A stretch of 64,000 nt of DNA, taken from Eledone cirrhosa (Eukaryota). The stretch lies in the NCBI GenBank assembly GCA_964016885.1, contig OZ024740.1, positions 150,970,001-151,034,000 of the forward strand, in the 5' to 3' direction. Positions 1 through 13,128 of this stretch are shown here, in pieces. Both the position numbers and the translations under genes were made by a program. Numbering within the stretch: the first letter of the stretch is position 1; each line of letters starts with the position of its first letter. A model generated the notes under the pieces. It did no database searches and had not been told where the DNA came from. It worked only from the letters and a program-made list of their open reading frames with translations.

Positions 1-10
1 AAACAATACC

Positions 11-49
<39 letters not shown>

Positions 50-294
50 TATAATGCTTTCTTTATTTTGATAATAATAATAATAATAATGAACAATGAC
101 AGCATAAAAGTAAGTCATATTTGTTGCAAAGCTGTAACGCCACCTACCGGTGAGGAAGCAAGTAACAACTGCATAAACGTGTAGTGTGTGAATGTGATTG
201 CTATCACAAAGATCAAAGGGAATTTTATAAAAGGTGTTATAAAAGGTGGTAGGAGGCTGTCGGTGTTGGAAGCTGGTGGAGTAACTTGATCAGT

Positions 295-660
295 GACGGA
301 TGGTGGTGGTGGTGGTGGTGGTGGTGGTAGTAGGATAATGACGGTGGTAGTACAGGTGGTATTGTTGGTAGTGTTAGTGGTGGTGATGGCCTTCGTAGGA
401 GAGGTGGTATATTTAGTATGGGTGAAAGATGACCTGGTGGTAATGATGGTGTTGGTGGCGGTGGTGCTGGGGGAACATGGTAATGGTGATGGAAGTAGTA
501 GAGGTGGTGGCGGTGGTGGTATTGGTGGTGGTGGTGGTGGTGGTGGTGATGGTGATGGTAGTGGTGGTGGTGGTATTGGTGGTGGTGGTGGTGGTATTGG
601 TGGTGGTTGGTAATGGTGGTGGTGGTGGTGTTATTGGTGGTGATGGTAGTGGTAATGCTA
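295..660. repeat. (GGT)n-rich low-complexity tract
   Basis: Degenerate GGT/GAT triplets; explains the Gly/Val/Thr-rich ORFs at 293-701. Confidence 0.9.
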
Positions 661-894
661 GTATTATAAGCTTTATTGATGACACCTGTGATGATCGTTA
701 AGAGGCTGTTGGCGGTGATAACAGGTATGAATATGAGAGCAATAATAACGGTTTTAACAGTTATGTTGGTGGGATGGTGATGTTGGTAGTTGTTGTGGGC
801 GTCGTGGTCTACATTGTTCGTTGACGCATTGTTGGCTCTGATTGACGAGGGTGATCTTGATGCTGGTATTGGATGGGCTGATGTTTATTATAAA

Positions 895-1150
895 AGGATA
901 AAGATTCCATAACCTCCTTGTGGAGTCGTAGAGGCGGAGCCCGACCATCTCCAAGTCTGAACACAACCGATTTTTCTACATAGGAAGTATCGACCCCAGT
1001 ACTGGACTGGTAGGGATTTTTTAACAACCTCGAAAGTATGAAAGGCAAAATTGATCACGGCGGTATTTGAACTCAGAACGCACAATGAGGTGGGACGAAT
1101 ACTGTAAAGCATTCTCTCCGACGTCCAAACGACTCTGCCATTCGCTGCCT
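895..1150 (-). mobile_element. tRNA-derived SINE, family 1 (octopus-type)
   Basis: Reverse complement has GGCAGAGTCGTT..TTCTGAGTTCAAAT..TTTGCCTTTCAT..TACCAGT..CTGGGGTCGAT; same extended 3' part as the copy at 18585-18870. Confidence 0.8.
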
Positions 1151-1513
1151 ATGATTATTGTTATGTCACAGATGTTAGTAGATGTGGTAATTATTTAAAA
1201 TTGTTCGTAGAGATGGTACACTGCTAGTAGTAATGGTTATAGTAGAGCGTATTGCTTTGATGTATTGATAGTAATGTAAAAGCATAATAGGCAATACCGA
1301 TATATAGACAAGTAACTGTGTACATATATACGAACACAGAAACACACACACCCTCACAAACACCCACCCACACACGCATATATAATACATATACACATAC
1401 TACACACACACACACACATGTATATATATTTATATATCCATGTATATATATATATATATATATATGTATAGAGTTTTGCGAGGTTTTTTATATGAAATCG
1501 TGTGTCGAAACAG

Positions 1514-1985
1514 ATATTGTTATATTTGGGGAGGGTCATATTTGCGTAATATTGCCAGAATTAATAACAGAACACACTCACTGTTTGGTTGGTTTTCGCT
1601 TCTCGCTGTCTTTTATATATATATATCTGCGATCTAACTTACTCGGTCCTCAATGTTGCCATTGACTGACCGGCGGTAAAAAATAATACAAATACAATAT
1701 AGACACAAACACATATATATATAGTTTACATAATTTACATAAATCTTTCGTTGCACAGCTGCAACATCGTCAGTGGTGTTATATTCATTGTTCCTCCTGT
1801 TGTGTTGTATGTCTACGCCATTTTTTTTGTTCAGTCTGTCTATATATTTATTTATTTATTTGCTTGTTTGTTTATCTTATTTTATTTTGTCTTCTTTGCG
1901 CATGCGTTTGCGTGTGTGCATAGTGTTATGTGTGATGTGTGACTAGTGTGTATAGTGACTAGTGTGTATAGTGTGTATAGTGTTG
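1514..1985 (-). repeat. left (antisense) pseudo-LTR arm of PLE
   Basis: Reverse complement of 4075-4523 with only a few substitutions. Confidence 0.93.
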
Positions 1986-3997
1986 AAAAAATCCTCAACG
2001 CTCACATGATGATGTGGACTGACATCCTAAAGCCAAGCAGACGCACTGCCAACAACTTCCAGGCGTCTAACAATGGCATACCACCCTTGTATGGGCTCCG
2101 CAAAGACCACAAGACAGTCGACGACCCGACAACCGGACCACCAACAAGACCCGTATGCGGAGCTAATATAGCTAGCAACTACAGGATCTCCTACTTCCTC
2201 TCAATGGTTATACGCCCCATAATCAAGATGTCCCCAGATGTATGTGAAAGTACAGAGGACCTCCTCAGCAGAATCAGTGAGTGCAACAAAAACAGGAGCC
2301 TATCCAACTGCATAATAGGCAGCATGGATGTGGTGTCACTGTACCCATCCATTAACATTGATTTTGCTGTGAAAAGATGTGTGGAGATGATCATTGAGAG
2401 TGAGGTGGAGTTCTGCGACGTCGACACAGACGAACTGGGCCTCCTACTTAGACTTACCTACGACACTGACTACCTAGACAGCCATGACCTTAGATGTTTC
2501 TGCCCTAGTAGACCTATAAGAGGTAGACCCCCCACCATAACCTCAATGGCTAAAAAGACTCCCATAGGAAGGTGGATTGGGTGGACCAAAGCTATACGGA
2601 CCCCCCAAAACACTGATCAGGTAAGAAAAATGGTCGCACATGCAATAGGGGCTAGTATCAAAACTGCCCTAAAGGGCCACATATTTAAGTTCAATGAGAA
2701 AATCTACACCCAAAATGAGGGAGCAGCCATCGGCGTCAGCATAGCTGGTGATGTTGCCAACCTTTTCATGGTATGGTGGGAAAGGAGACTTAAAGATCTC
2801 CTTAATGAAAGCTCCATAGACCTCATCATGTACTCTCGTTATGTAGACGATATCAATATAGTTATAAGAACACCCCCACTAGAGAGCACTAACAAGTTTG
2901 ATTTAGAACGTAGCACGATGGAAAGCATCCAGCAGATAGCTAATTCCATACACCAGAGTATAACTGTAACTATAGACTTCCCTTCCAAACACCCTAACGA
3001 TAGACTACCTGTATTAGACACAGAACTCTGGATTAACACTATAGACGAGAGAGCCCAAATTCTCCACTCACACTATGCTAAACCCATGGCCTCCAAATAC
3101 CTGATACTCAAAAACTCAGCAATGTCCAGTAGTGCTAAGTTTAATATTCTGATCGCAGATTTGGTACGAGTGATGAAGAATGTGTCCAGCATGTTCGACC
3201 CAACAGAAATGGAAGGACACATCCAACACTTCATCAACCGCATGCAGTTCTCTGGCTACAACCAAAGAGACAGAGTCAGAGTATACGAAGGAGCCATGGA
3301 AAAGTATAAGACCCTCATAGAACTGGACATGAAAGGAATTTGCCCACTATACAGGAGCAAATCATGGAATAGCTTAGATAGGGCTAGACATAAGATAGGG
3401 AAGGCCACATCATGGTACGACAACCAGAGATATCAGAGTGTCATGTTTGTGGACGCCACCCCTGGAGGGAAATTAGCTAACCAGTGTAGAAAGGCCCTGA
3501 GAAAGACCCACTTAAAAATAAAGGTGGTAGAAAAGCCAGGAACCACCATAAAATCCCTGATCAGCAAAACCTACCCTTTTAAGAAAACCCACTGTACCAA
3601 TAGGAAATGTATCATATGTAAGGTGAACCCCCGGATAAACTGTAAAACTAGAAACGTAGTCTATAGCATAAGATGTACAGAGGGTACTTGCAGAAACATG
3701 ACAACAACATACATAGGTGAGACAGCTCGTAGCATAGGTGAAAGGATAGACCAACACTGGGGGGAACTAAAAGGACGAAAAAACGGGTCAGTACTATACG
3801 AACATGCTAGACAACAACATGACGGTAACATAGACAACATAGAAATTAGAATAATATCTAAACATAGGAATGACCCAGCAGATAGGCAAATCAGAGAGGC
3901 CAGTGAAATAGAAATTAGAAGACCAAAGCTAAACAGAAAGAATGAGTGGAACAACAACAACACCCAAACAAACAACACTGACCTAAGAGAAGTATAA
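1946..3997 (+). CDS. PLE reverse transcriptase + C-terminal GIY-YIG endonuclease (open, N-terminally truncated)
   Basis: 683 aa ORF with YGLRKDHK, RPVC, SMDVVSLYPSI, GAAIG, RYVDD, LPVLDT, Cys linker CTNRKCIIC, VVYSIRC..YIGET..ERIDQH, REASEI..LNRKNE. The first ~12 codons derive from the inverted arm, so the annotated start is not native. Confidence 0.92.
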   Translation: MCIVTSVYSVYSVEKILNAHMMMWTDILKPSRRTANNFQASNNGIPPLYGLRKDHKTVDDPTTGPPTRPVCGANIASNYRISYFLSMVIRPIIKMSPDVCESTEDLLSRISECNKNRSLSNCIIGSMDVVSLYPSINIDFAVKRCVEMIIESEVEFCDVDTDELGLLLRLTYDTDYLDSHDLRCFCPSRPIRGRPPTITSMAKKTPIGRWIGWTKAIRTPQNTDQVRKMVAHAIGASIKTALKGHIFKFNEKIYTQNEGAAIGVSIAGDVANLFMVWWERRLKDLLNESSIDLIMYSRYVDDINIVIRTPPLESTNKFDLERSTMESIQQIANSIHQSITVTIDFPSKHPNDRLPVLDTELWINTIDERAQILHSHYAKPMASKYLILKNSAMSSSAKFNILIADLVRVMKNVSSMFDPTEMEGHIQHFINRMQFSGYNQRDRVRVYEGAMEKYKTLIELDMKGICPLYRSKSWNSLDRARHKIGKATSWYDNQRYQSVMFVDATPGGKLANQCRKALRKTHLKIKVVEKPGTTIKSLISKTYPFKKTHCTNRKCIICKVNPRINCKTRNVVYSIRCTEGTCRNMTTTYIGETARSIGERIDQHWGELKGRKNGSVLYEHARQQHDGNIDNIEIRIISKHRNDPADRQIREASEIEIRRPKLNRKNEWNNNNTQTNNTDLREV

Positions 3998-4074
3998 ATA
4001 AGTAAATAAAATTAAATAAAATAAGATAAATAAATACATACACAAGCACATAAACACACACTAGTCACCCAGCA

Positions 4075-4515
4075 GACACAACACTATACACACTAGTCAC
4101 ACATCACACATAACACTATACACACACGCAAACGCATGCGCAAAGAAGACAAAATAAAATAAGATAAACAAATAAGCAAATAAATAAATAAATATATAGA
4201 CAGACTGAACAAAAAAAATGGCGTAGACATACAACACAACAGGAGGAACAATGAATATAACACCACTGACGATGTTGCAGATGTGCAACGAAAGATTTAT
4301 GTAAATTATGTAAACTATATATATGTGTTTGTGTCTATATTGTATCTGTATTATTTTTTACCGCCGGTCAGTCAATGGCAACATTGAGGACCGAGTAAGT
4401 TAGATCGCAGATATATATATATAAAAGACAGCGAGAAGCGAAAACCAACCAAACAGTGAGTGTGTTCTGTTATTAATTCTGGCAATATTACGCAAATACG
4501 ACCCTCCCCAAATAT

Positions 4516-4523
<8 letters not shown>
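4075..4523 (+). repeat. right (sense) pseudo-LTR arm of PLE
   Basis: Follows the ORF stop; inverted copy of 1514-1985. Confidence 0.93.
4258..4330 (+). ncRNA. hammerhead ribozyme-like motif in PLE pLTR (mirror copy at about 1710-1780, minus strand)
   Basis: CTGACGA (4266) t GTTGCA gatg TGCAAC GAAA (4290); stems I and III imperfect. Confidence 0.6.
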
Positions 4524-4560
<37 letters not shown>

Positions 4561-5091
4561 ATATACAGGATCATCTGAGACTGAGAAATATCAATCTGTA
4601 GACGCAGAAGTAAATATCAAAAATAATTTACGACCAAATATTGACTTTAGAAAACAGGGAAACATAACGGAAGTGCGTGAGGACGTTCTCTTGTGATGAG
4701 CGAAACGCATGCAAGGACAATTAAGTCATTAGGTGGAGCGGGAACAACAAATTCTTCCTATCAAAATATCAGGAAACTAACATTCATTTTAGAATAGCCG
4801 AATAATTTCCAGCTACTATATATGGAAAAGGATAATAGTAGTAAAATTATTAAACATAAAAATACTCTAAGAATTAATAATAATAATGAGGATAGTAATA
4901 ATGAAAACATTAATAGTAATGTTTACAAATGTAGGCTCATACATAAGTCTGTACTAACTAGTGTGGATACATGCCTTAACGAAAATATATTGTATAAAAA
5001 TTATGTACGCACATATACGTGCATATGTATACGCATATATATTCACACATATACATACATACACATATATATACATATATAAACACATATG

Positions 5092-5135
<44 letters not shown>

Positions 5136-5146
5136 CACACACACAC

Positions 5147-5206
<60 letters not shown>

Positions 5207-5347
5207 TTGTGTGTGTGTATATATATATACCGTAAGCAACCAATCACATTCTTTCTGACTTGACCACTGCCACGTCACAGTTCTTAGCCATTTTGAATTC
5301 GTTTCTGGCAGAGATCACTTAAGAAAATTCTTTGTCCAAATGAGTTT

Positions 5348-5423
5348 GCTTCCTGATGAGTTCGAAGCTCGAGATTTTATCCTTAATTATTTCCGAAAGC
5401 GAATGAAACCCTAGGGTAGAAAC
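5348..5423 (+). ncRNA. type I hammerhead ribozyme
   Basis: ttc CTGATGA GTTCG..CGAAT GAAA CCCTAGGG TA gaa; palindromic stem III ACCCTAGGGT; short stem I. Confidence 0.75.
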
Positions 5424-5789
5424 GTAATCCTGGAATGTGTATATACATTTTTTCTTCTAACTTTAATTTTATACCTAATTGTGTATGGTTGACGGTATAT
5501 TTAATCGATTTCCACGTGCTGTTGAAATGTTGGGTAAATATTCTATGGCGGTTGGTCGCGAAGAGGTTGTTGTCGTTTATTTATCTACTATTTCTTCATA
5601 GGTGCCTTTTAATCTTATATCCTGGTCTAATTGATTTTTTGCGTGGTTAATTATGGTAATTGGAAGAGGAAATGGTGTATATATATTGTCAAATGATTCT
5701 ATGGACATACTTTATAGTATATATATATATATATATAGATATATAGAAATTGAGTATAAAGTTTGATTGTTCTGAGCTCATGGCGTATA

Positions 5790-6268
<479 letters not shown>

Positions 6269-6901
6269 GTGTGTGTTCGTATGTGTTTTTCGAAGGCTTA
6301 TAACAAAGTATACAAATGTACAAGTGGACACTTTATGGTATTTATTCGAGCAGAATTACCTTTCTTTGCGTCGTGGTGGACATAGCCATTGAATAGAGAT
6401 GAATAAAATATGTACCAAGCAAAGAGTTTGAATTGATAAAAATAATCAACTTCAAGTCTTGAATGCTGTGCCAAAGTATGCCAGAAATCCAGAGACTGCG
6501 GCAGCAAATGAATAAAAGATGTAAACATGTTTACTTTACTCCAATCTTTGGTGTGATGATACATGTCTGGGAAATTTGACTCACGATTGTAAAGCCGTGC
6601 GTTTCATTCTCGGTGGCCCGTTATATTCTCGAAGAAGTCACATTCTTTCATGTTGTTCCAGTCCATTCACCGGCAAAAATGAATTGTACCTGCAATTCAA
6701 AGTGCCAGTCGTGGCACACATTTTCTCACTCCGAATCTTTTAACGTTAATTTTAAGAAAAGGCTCTTCCGTTGTACAACGCAACTGGAACACTCATCGTC
6801 GGAACCGACGGATTCGCATCACATTCCAGTGTTTGGTAGATTAACTTTGTATTACACCTCCATTCGTCGGATTCATTATGGTTTAAAATGCTTTCTAATT
6901 T

Positions 6902-7085
6902 AGGCACAAGTCCAGCAATTTGTGGGAAGGAAAGGTCGATTTTACCGGACCGTTTACTGTCTTAGTATTTTATTTTCTCGACCTCGGGAGGATGAAAGGA
7001 ACTGTTGACCTAGGCAGGATTTGAACTTGCAACACAAAGAGCAGGAACAAAGACTGCTAAGCATTTATCTAGCGCTCTAACAAAT
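6902..7085 (-). mobile_element. SINE family 1
   Basis: aggcacaag..cagcaattt..gtcgat..gatgaaagg..ggcaggatttgaact, reverse of the family consensus. Confidence 0.75.
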
Positions 7086-7379
7086 TTAAGATACAACAAA
7101 ATGGTGAAAATGCGCATTCTATACTCTTGATGCCTGACAAAATGTAGATGTACATCTTGCTTTGAAAATGAGTACATGTATTGCTGCATATGTACAATAG
7201 CATGCATCAGCGTTCAGTACCAAGAAAAACCAATAAGCAATTTTCATGAATATGAGTGATGTATTTATATATCAATAAATGTCAGGTGCACTCATTTGAT
7301 GCAATGACAGTGGATGTTGTTATTCTTGCTGCAGCTGCTTCTATTATTGCACATTATTGTTTAAACTGTTTTGACGTTT

Positions 7380-7620
7380 TGAGGTTATTTCGTCACTAGA
7401 CAGGATATGACAGGATAGTCGTGTTACACGTTTGTTGGAGGCTTGACGTAGTCGTTCTACCTGTTAGAAATAGCAATTGAATTTCCCTCATATCACGTTC
7501 TTTATTCTAAATAAATAACATATTAGTTTATGAACACCTAAATTCTTGTAAATCGATAAGATGATATGTTATCTCAACTGGGACATTTTTTATCATTAAT
7601 CGTTGGCTAAACAACATCAA
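7380..7620. repeat. interspersed repeat family (core acctgttagaaatagc..aaatcac); related copies about 9840-10040, 20410-20600, 29500-29730, 35860-36070
   Basis: Shared diverged motif blocks seen by eye in both orientations; class not determined. Confidence 0.5.
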
Positions 7621-9029
7621 AACTAATTCAAGGTACCAACGCATAATCTCTAGATGGGTTGTCCTATAATCCCGATCAACATTGTATGAGAAAACCTATA
7701 GTACGAAGTTAGTCAGTTAAATAGCTATATACAACCGGCCTTGAATTATCAGACCTATGCACGTATTTAGTCGCAGTACAGTGTGGCATTCAGAACATGT
7801 TTCGTTTCTTCTGTTCAGTCTATTGCAAGCTTGTAAGATTCATAGGTGGCTACATCAAACACAAATTAAAAGGATTAAATCGGTCCACTATAGTTGGTGC
7901 TCTGCGCTTAACATAAATTCATGTGGTATATTCCGAATATGTCTATATATTACCAATTATTTAACATGTAGAGGCATGTGTGTGACTTTGAACTTGCTGT
8001 AGCAACATTCTCATAACCTGATGGTCTTTTCGTTGGTCCATATTCATCGATTTGCTATCCTGTCTTCTATTTTTTATTGATCCTGTTGGGTCTATCTGAA
8101 TGTTAATTCTGGTTGATCTATTGTGGTATACGTTTTTATTCTGTTTATCATTATTAGATCTGGCTCTCTGCGCTCAGATTTCGAATGTTGTCGAGGTCAA
8201 CTTTGCTTTTTATCCATTCGAGGTCGAAAATATAATATCAGTTCTATACTGTGTCGATTTCTCTTCTATACTCTCTTTCGCACAACTCTCTTGCTTTTTC
8301 AATTCCTATTGAGGAGATTGGCTCTGCTAGGCTGAAAATGCCCTAGACACGCAATGTGTAATGACAGTGTGGCTATGATTCCATCACGATTTAAGAGTCA
8401 GTCCCACGGTACGTATATGTAGGAACAAGACTAATTTGTTATGCTGGCTGGATTAGATGTTTTCGTGCGGAACTATAGAATCTTCATAAAGATTTTCGGT
8501 CTTAGTATTTTTTTTTTTCAGTGTTTGCATTTTGACATTAATCCCTTTTTTACGTGTGTAGTGGGTCATATAACCTTGAGTGCACATTTATTGCAGGCGT
8601 GGTCGTTTCTGCTGTGTGGTAATCTTCCTTTGCACAATTTTGTAATTTTTTGTCTTACGTAAGACAAGAAATACCAATTATTTTTACGCACAGAGAATTA
8701 TACGTAATCAATTATTTAAAATTGTTATGCACATCTGGGTACTTCTGTCAAGCATGAAAGGGGTACACCATAAAATACTCTTTACTCCCGTCTTCACTGA
8801 AGAACCTCTTCCACTAGTGTAGTTGCTTCTTGTTTGTGTTGTTTTGGGCTTTGATAGCTTTTATTATTATGGCAGTACAATAGCCACTTTCTTATACTCT
8901 GTCGTGTATGTATGATTGCTTGTTAAGTCTTAACCAAAGTGTTTTGCTTTATGGCAAAATGTGATGTTATATAGTCATTTACTATGATTGTTTAGTGAAA
9001 CTTTGTAGCCGATGACTGTTTTGAGTCAA

Positions 9030-9225
9030 CCGAATAGACTATACCTCTAATTCAAAGAGGTAGTCTTGTCACAAAATGTGTCACACTGAATCTCTCTCAG
9101 AATTAGAGTGAGCGCACACGTTTCTGTGGAATTCTAAGTCATTTGCTCGTTAATTTCATGATAAGTCTGTTCCAGAGTTAGAATTGGAACATTAGTCGTC
9201 AAAATCGACGGAGCTCCATTCCAAA
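9030..9225 (+). mobile_element. SINE family 2, 3' portion
   Basis: Similar to 29030-29215 and 44150-44330 (tgtgtcac.ctgaatctc..acacgt.tctg.ggaa..cacttgc.cgttaa..gtcgt..gacgga..tcca). Confidence 0.6.
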
Positions 9226-10317
9226 CTTAGTGCAATGATCTCGGGGCAGGATTTTAAATCAGAATGTGCGAGGACATAAAGAAATACCAGAACGTTCTTT
9301 GTTCAACGCTCCACTAGTTCTGACATTCAACACCTAATGTTTATGTTTTTTATTGACAGCAAATCAGTTATTTTATTCGGATTGATAAGAAGGGAAACAA
9401 AAATCAAACAGACAAAACAACAACAAAATGAAAAATCGAGAATTCATGTTTATTCAGAAAATAAATCAAATAATCAATGCTTCTGGCATAGTTCTCTTAT
9501 AAACGTTTTTATTCTTTCAATCATACTGTCAGCAATTTTAAAAAAGTTCTTCCAATAATGGAAATTCTTCATGAACTGCGTCGAATAAAGATTTTTTTTC
9601 TTTCAAAAGTTCATGAATTCAATTTTGATTTAATGTTCTGACATAAAATTTCAATAGGGTTGACATCTGAAAAATGTCCAGGCCAATGCAAGGTTTCAAT
9701 TTCATAATCTCGGAGAAATTATTTCACTAATTTAGCAGAATGAACTAGAGCATTATGAAGTTGGTCTATTACCAGATTGGGGCTACTAAATTGTATAAAA
9801 TTATGAATGCTTTGCAAAATGTCTTCTTTATCGTTCTTATCGTTGTTTTTTAGTCCTAGGTAACATCTGATTGAATAAATTTGTTTTAAAACGCGTTACA
9901 TTGGTGAACATAACATCATTTACTTTTAACCATTATAACTGAGAAAAGGTTAATCAAACTATCTCACTATTTTAAAGACAATAATGTGTGATTTCTGAAC
10001 AAATTGGCTGTTTTTCCAGCAAATTAGAGACCACGTTGTCATCTGTATTAATATTATGCAGTGATGTTACATTTTTTTTATTGATGTAAAACGTTTACTG
10101 GGGAATCATACCAACAGCACTGTGACAGCGCTTCCAAATAAATTTTCTAGTCAATTGTAGATGAATGTTTGTCTAAATAGATCGTATAAACTTCTTACAG
10201 ATATATGATTTAATGGTAATGGAGAAGATAATATTTTTTTGACGAAATATAAAAAAAAATGTTTATATTTCCATTTGTACAATTCATCTGCTTGGTTTAT
10301 GTCAGTTTTCTTTCAAA

Positions 10318-10472
<155 letters not shown>

Positions 10473-11201
10473 GCGTAAAAATGGAAGAACAGTATATATA
10501 GTGTGCATGACAAAAATAATTTTTATCATTCTATGGTCTAAATTAATTCAGCAGTTGTGTGCTGCCGTGCATTAAATTATTAAATCATGAGGTTGTTTAT
10601 TTAGTTGTTTATTGTCTTTAGTTCTTTAGGATTTTGGAATATTGGTCTTAAATAGAGATAACATTTTCTTAATTGTTTCTTTAGGCTGTTAATAAAGCCA
10701 AGAAGGGAAGAAACGAAGAAACAGTTTGTGAGGGTGTACCTGAAAAGGTTTATTTGATAATCACTCAAGCGAAGTATTATATTTTAAGGTGGTGTGTTTT
10801 TGTTTATTTTTCAAAACATTCATTTATTTATCATTAACATCATTTGGGAGAAAATGTCTTTTGCATTTAGCTAGAAGGGAAAACATAATTATGTACCATT
10901 GTCGCAATAATAAATTTTTCGGGGAAGGAATCAAGTGATTAACATCAAGGTTTACCAAAATAATGGAATTTAGACCAATTAAGTACGCGTATTGTCAGTT
11001 TGCTTATAACCCATTCGAATACATATGTTAAAATATTCACTGCAAAAATAACCTTGAACCACCGTCCAACTCTGCATTTCATATTTATTGGTTTTATTAA
11101 CAAACAGAAAATGAAAAGGCATGCAATAAAATATGTACACTTTATATTCACAAATGCTCATTCAGTCAATGTTCGACTGTTTTCATGTAGGATTGTCCAT
11201 A

Positions 11202-11294
<93 letters not shown>

Positions 11295-11639
11295 CAGTTC
11301 ACAACGGTGGCATTAGGCAATACTCGAGGTTCGTTGGACTTTATGCCAAATAATTCATTCTGCCATTTTGTATAAGAGTTTTTTCCGGGGAGATTCGAGA
11401 TCGTATAGGAGAGTTCTAAAGCTTGAGGTAGGGAACTAAGGTTTTTATGGGGATATAGTAAATTCTACAAATTCTAATAAAATATCAATTAATTGAATAC
11501 ATTTATGGTTAAATTCTGTAATAGGTAAGGGAGGGAATCTAACAAGAAAAAGGGGTGCTAACTTGTGTGGAGAGAAATTGCACGTTATATAGGGTTAAAT
11601 CGAATTTTAGTCCTGCTTAGACAGACCCCTCAGAAAACA

Positions 11640-12070
11640 GTTAGATTAGTGGCTTTTGGAAAATTTTATAAGATCATTAGAAATCCCAAATCGACAATCG
11701 AAACGAAAAGAAAGCTGTTTAACGAATATGTTCTGCTGGTGATGACTTAACGAAGTGAGACGTGGGCACGCTACACAGCCACCCGCGAAGATGCTTTCAG
11801 TGGCCCAACTTAAAATGGATCGGAGCATGCTCTGTATCACAATATGTGACAGGAAGAGCAACACCTGGATATGACAGCAGACTGAAGGAAATAATAGAGA
11901 CCACCAAGAAGGACAAACATAGATGGGCTGGCCACGTTTCTCATTTTCGAGACGATGGGTGGACTATTATAGCGATAAAGTGGACACCAATGAAGTGGAG
12001 AACTAGAAGGTAGCCAAAGGTTAGATGATGCGATGACTGACCCAATATTTTGGCCCCACTTGGCTTTATG
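11640..12070 (+). pseudogene. RTE-clade LINE 3' fragment
   Basis: AFGKF..KRKLFNEYVLLVMT, ETW, KHRWAGHVSHFRDDGWT..KWTP; frameshifted. Confidence 0.75.
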
Positions 12071-12335
12071 TGACCAGAGACAAGAAGGGCCTGGATTTTG
12101 GATTAAGGTGCAATAATACTTATATGGAGGAGAGCAAAGCATAGTAACAAATGCAAGCAAAGAGACATTTAATAGCAAATGTAATTTTACTCATATTTTA
12201 ATTAGTAATTCCCATTATATGTTGATTTATTAATTATAATGCAAGTAAAATTACCATTGCTATTAAATGTATTGTGATTGCATTTCTCACTATGCTATAT
12301 TTTGCTAAATATAAGTATTACAGTACCTTAATAAT

Positions 12336-12377
<42 letters not shown>

Positions 12378-12519
12378 TATATATAGATATCCACGGTAAG
12401 TTGTGGGGTCTATTCTGCATGAAGAACTCAATGTAATCCATATGTTGAAAATGTTGTAGATTAAGATAAATCCCGGAAAACAATAAAACATTAAAAGGAA
12501 AACAGAGTCATGATATAAG

Positions 12520-12610
<91 letters not shown>

Positions 12611-12615
<5 letters not shown>

Positions 12616-13048
12616 AAAAGAATAGAGGTGTAACACACAAGTTATTATATATTGGTAAACGGAATAGAAAATGCTGACAAATTGTTCACAGTTGAAAAAT
12701 GGTTTAATTAGGAATAAAAGAGTATTAGTGATTGTATGGGTTAGTATTCAGTTGTGGTTTTAAGTTTTTAAGTTTTTACCGGTTGCGCATTTCTAAATGC
12801 TTTTCAAAAATAATTTTGAGATAGAGTGTCCGTGCTGTTTGCTCTGGTCAGAGCAAACAGCACGGACACTCTATCTCAAAATTATTTTTGAAAAGCATTT
12901 AGAAATGCGCAACCGGTAAAAACTTAAAAACTTAAAACCACAACTGAATACTAACCCATACAATCACTAATACTCTTTTATTCCTAATTAAACCATTTTT
13001 CAACTGTGAACAATTTGTCAGCATTTTCTATTCCGTTTACCAATATAT
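12611..13048. repeat. fold-back palindrome, about 200 bp arms, 2-nt loop, 35-nt one-sided tail
   Basis: 12647-12846 is the apparently perfect reverse complement of 12849-13048; (TA)n both sides; shorter relative at 57533-57700. Confidence 0.95.
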
Positions 13049-13128
13049 ATATATATATATATATTAAGTGTAATGAAATCTTTTACAATGAAATTAGCTC
13101 AAAGAAAGAAATATTTCTGAGCCGTATA

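Larger units (their letters stand above)
1471..4523 (+). mobile_element. Penelope-like retroelement, 5'-truncated, with inverted pseudo-LTRs, inserted in (TA)n
   Basis: RT+GIY-YIG ORF flanked by about 450-470 bp near-identical inverted repeats (1514-1985 / 4075-4523); (TA)n on both sides; hammerhead-like core in the repeat. Confidence 0.93.

Noticed and set aside
293-701. Gly-rich or Val-rich proteins
   Set aside because: Entirely (GGT)n low complexity, open in several frames.
1514-4523. DNA transposon with long TIRs, or DIRS/LTR element
   Set aside because: The ORF is PLE RT + GIY-YIG; no transposase, integrase, tyrosine recombinase or gag.
4665-4715. Additional hammerhead-like strings (also about 12411, 13480-13590, 17550, 44640, 60270)
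   Set aside because: Two or more core positions or helices broken; cannot be separated from chance by eye.
12647-13048. Palindromes as sequencing fold-back artefacts
   Set aside because: Most palindromes have arm mismatches and recur as families with shared tails; not fully excluded for this perfect one.
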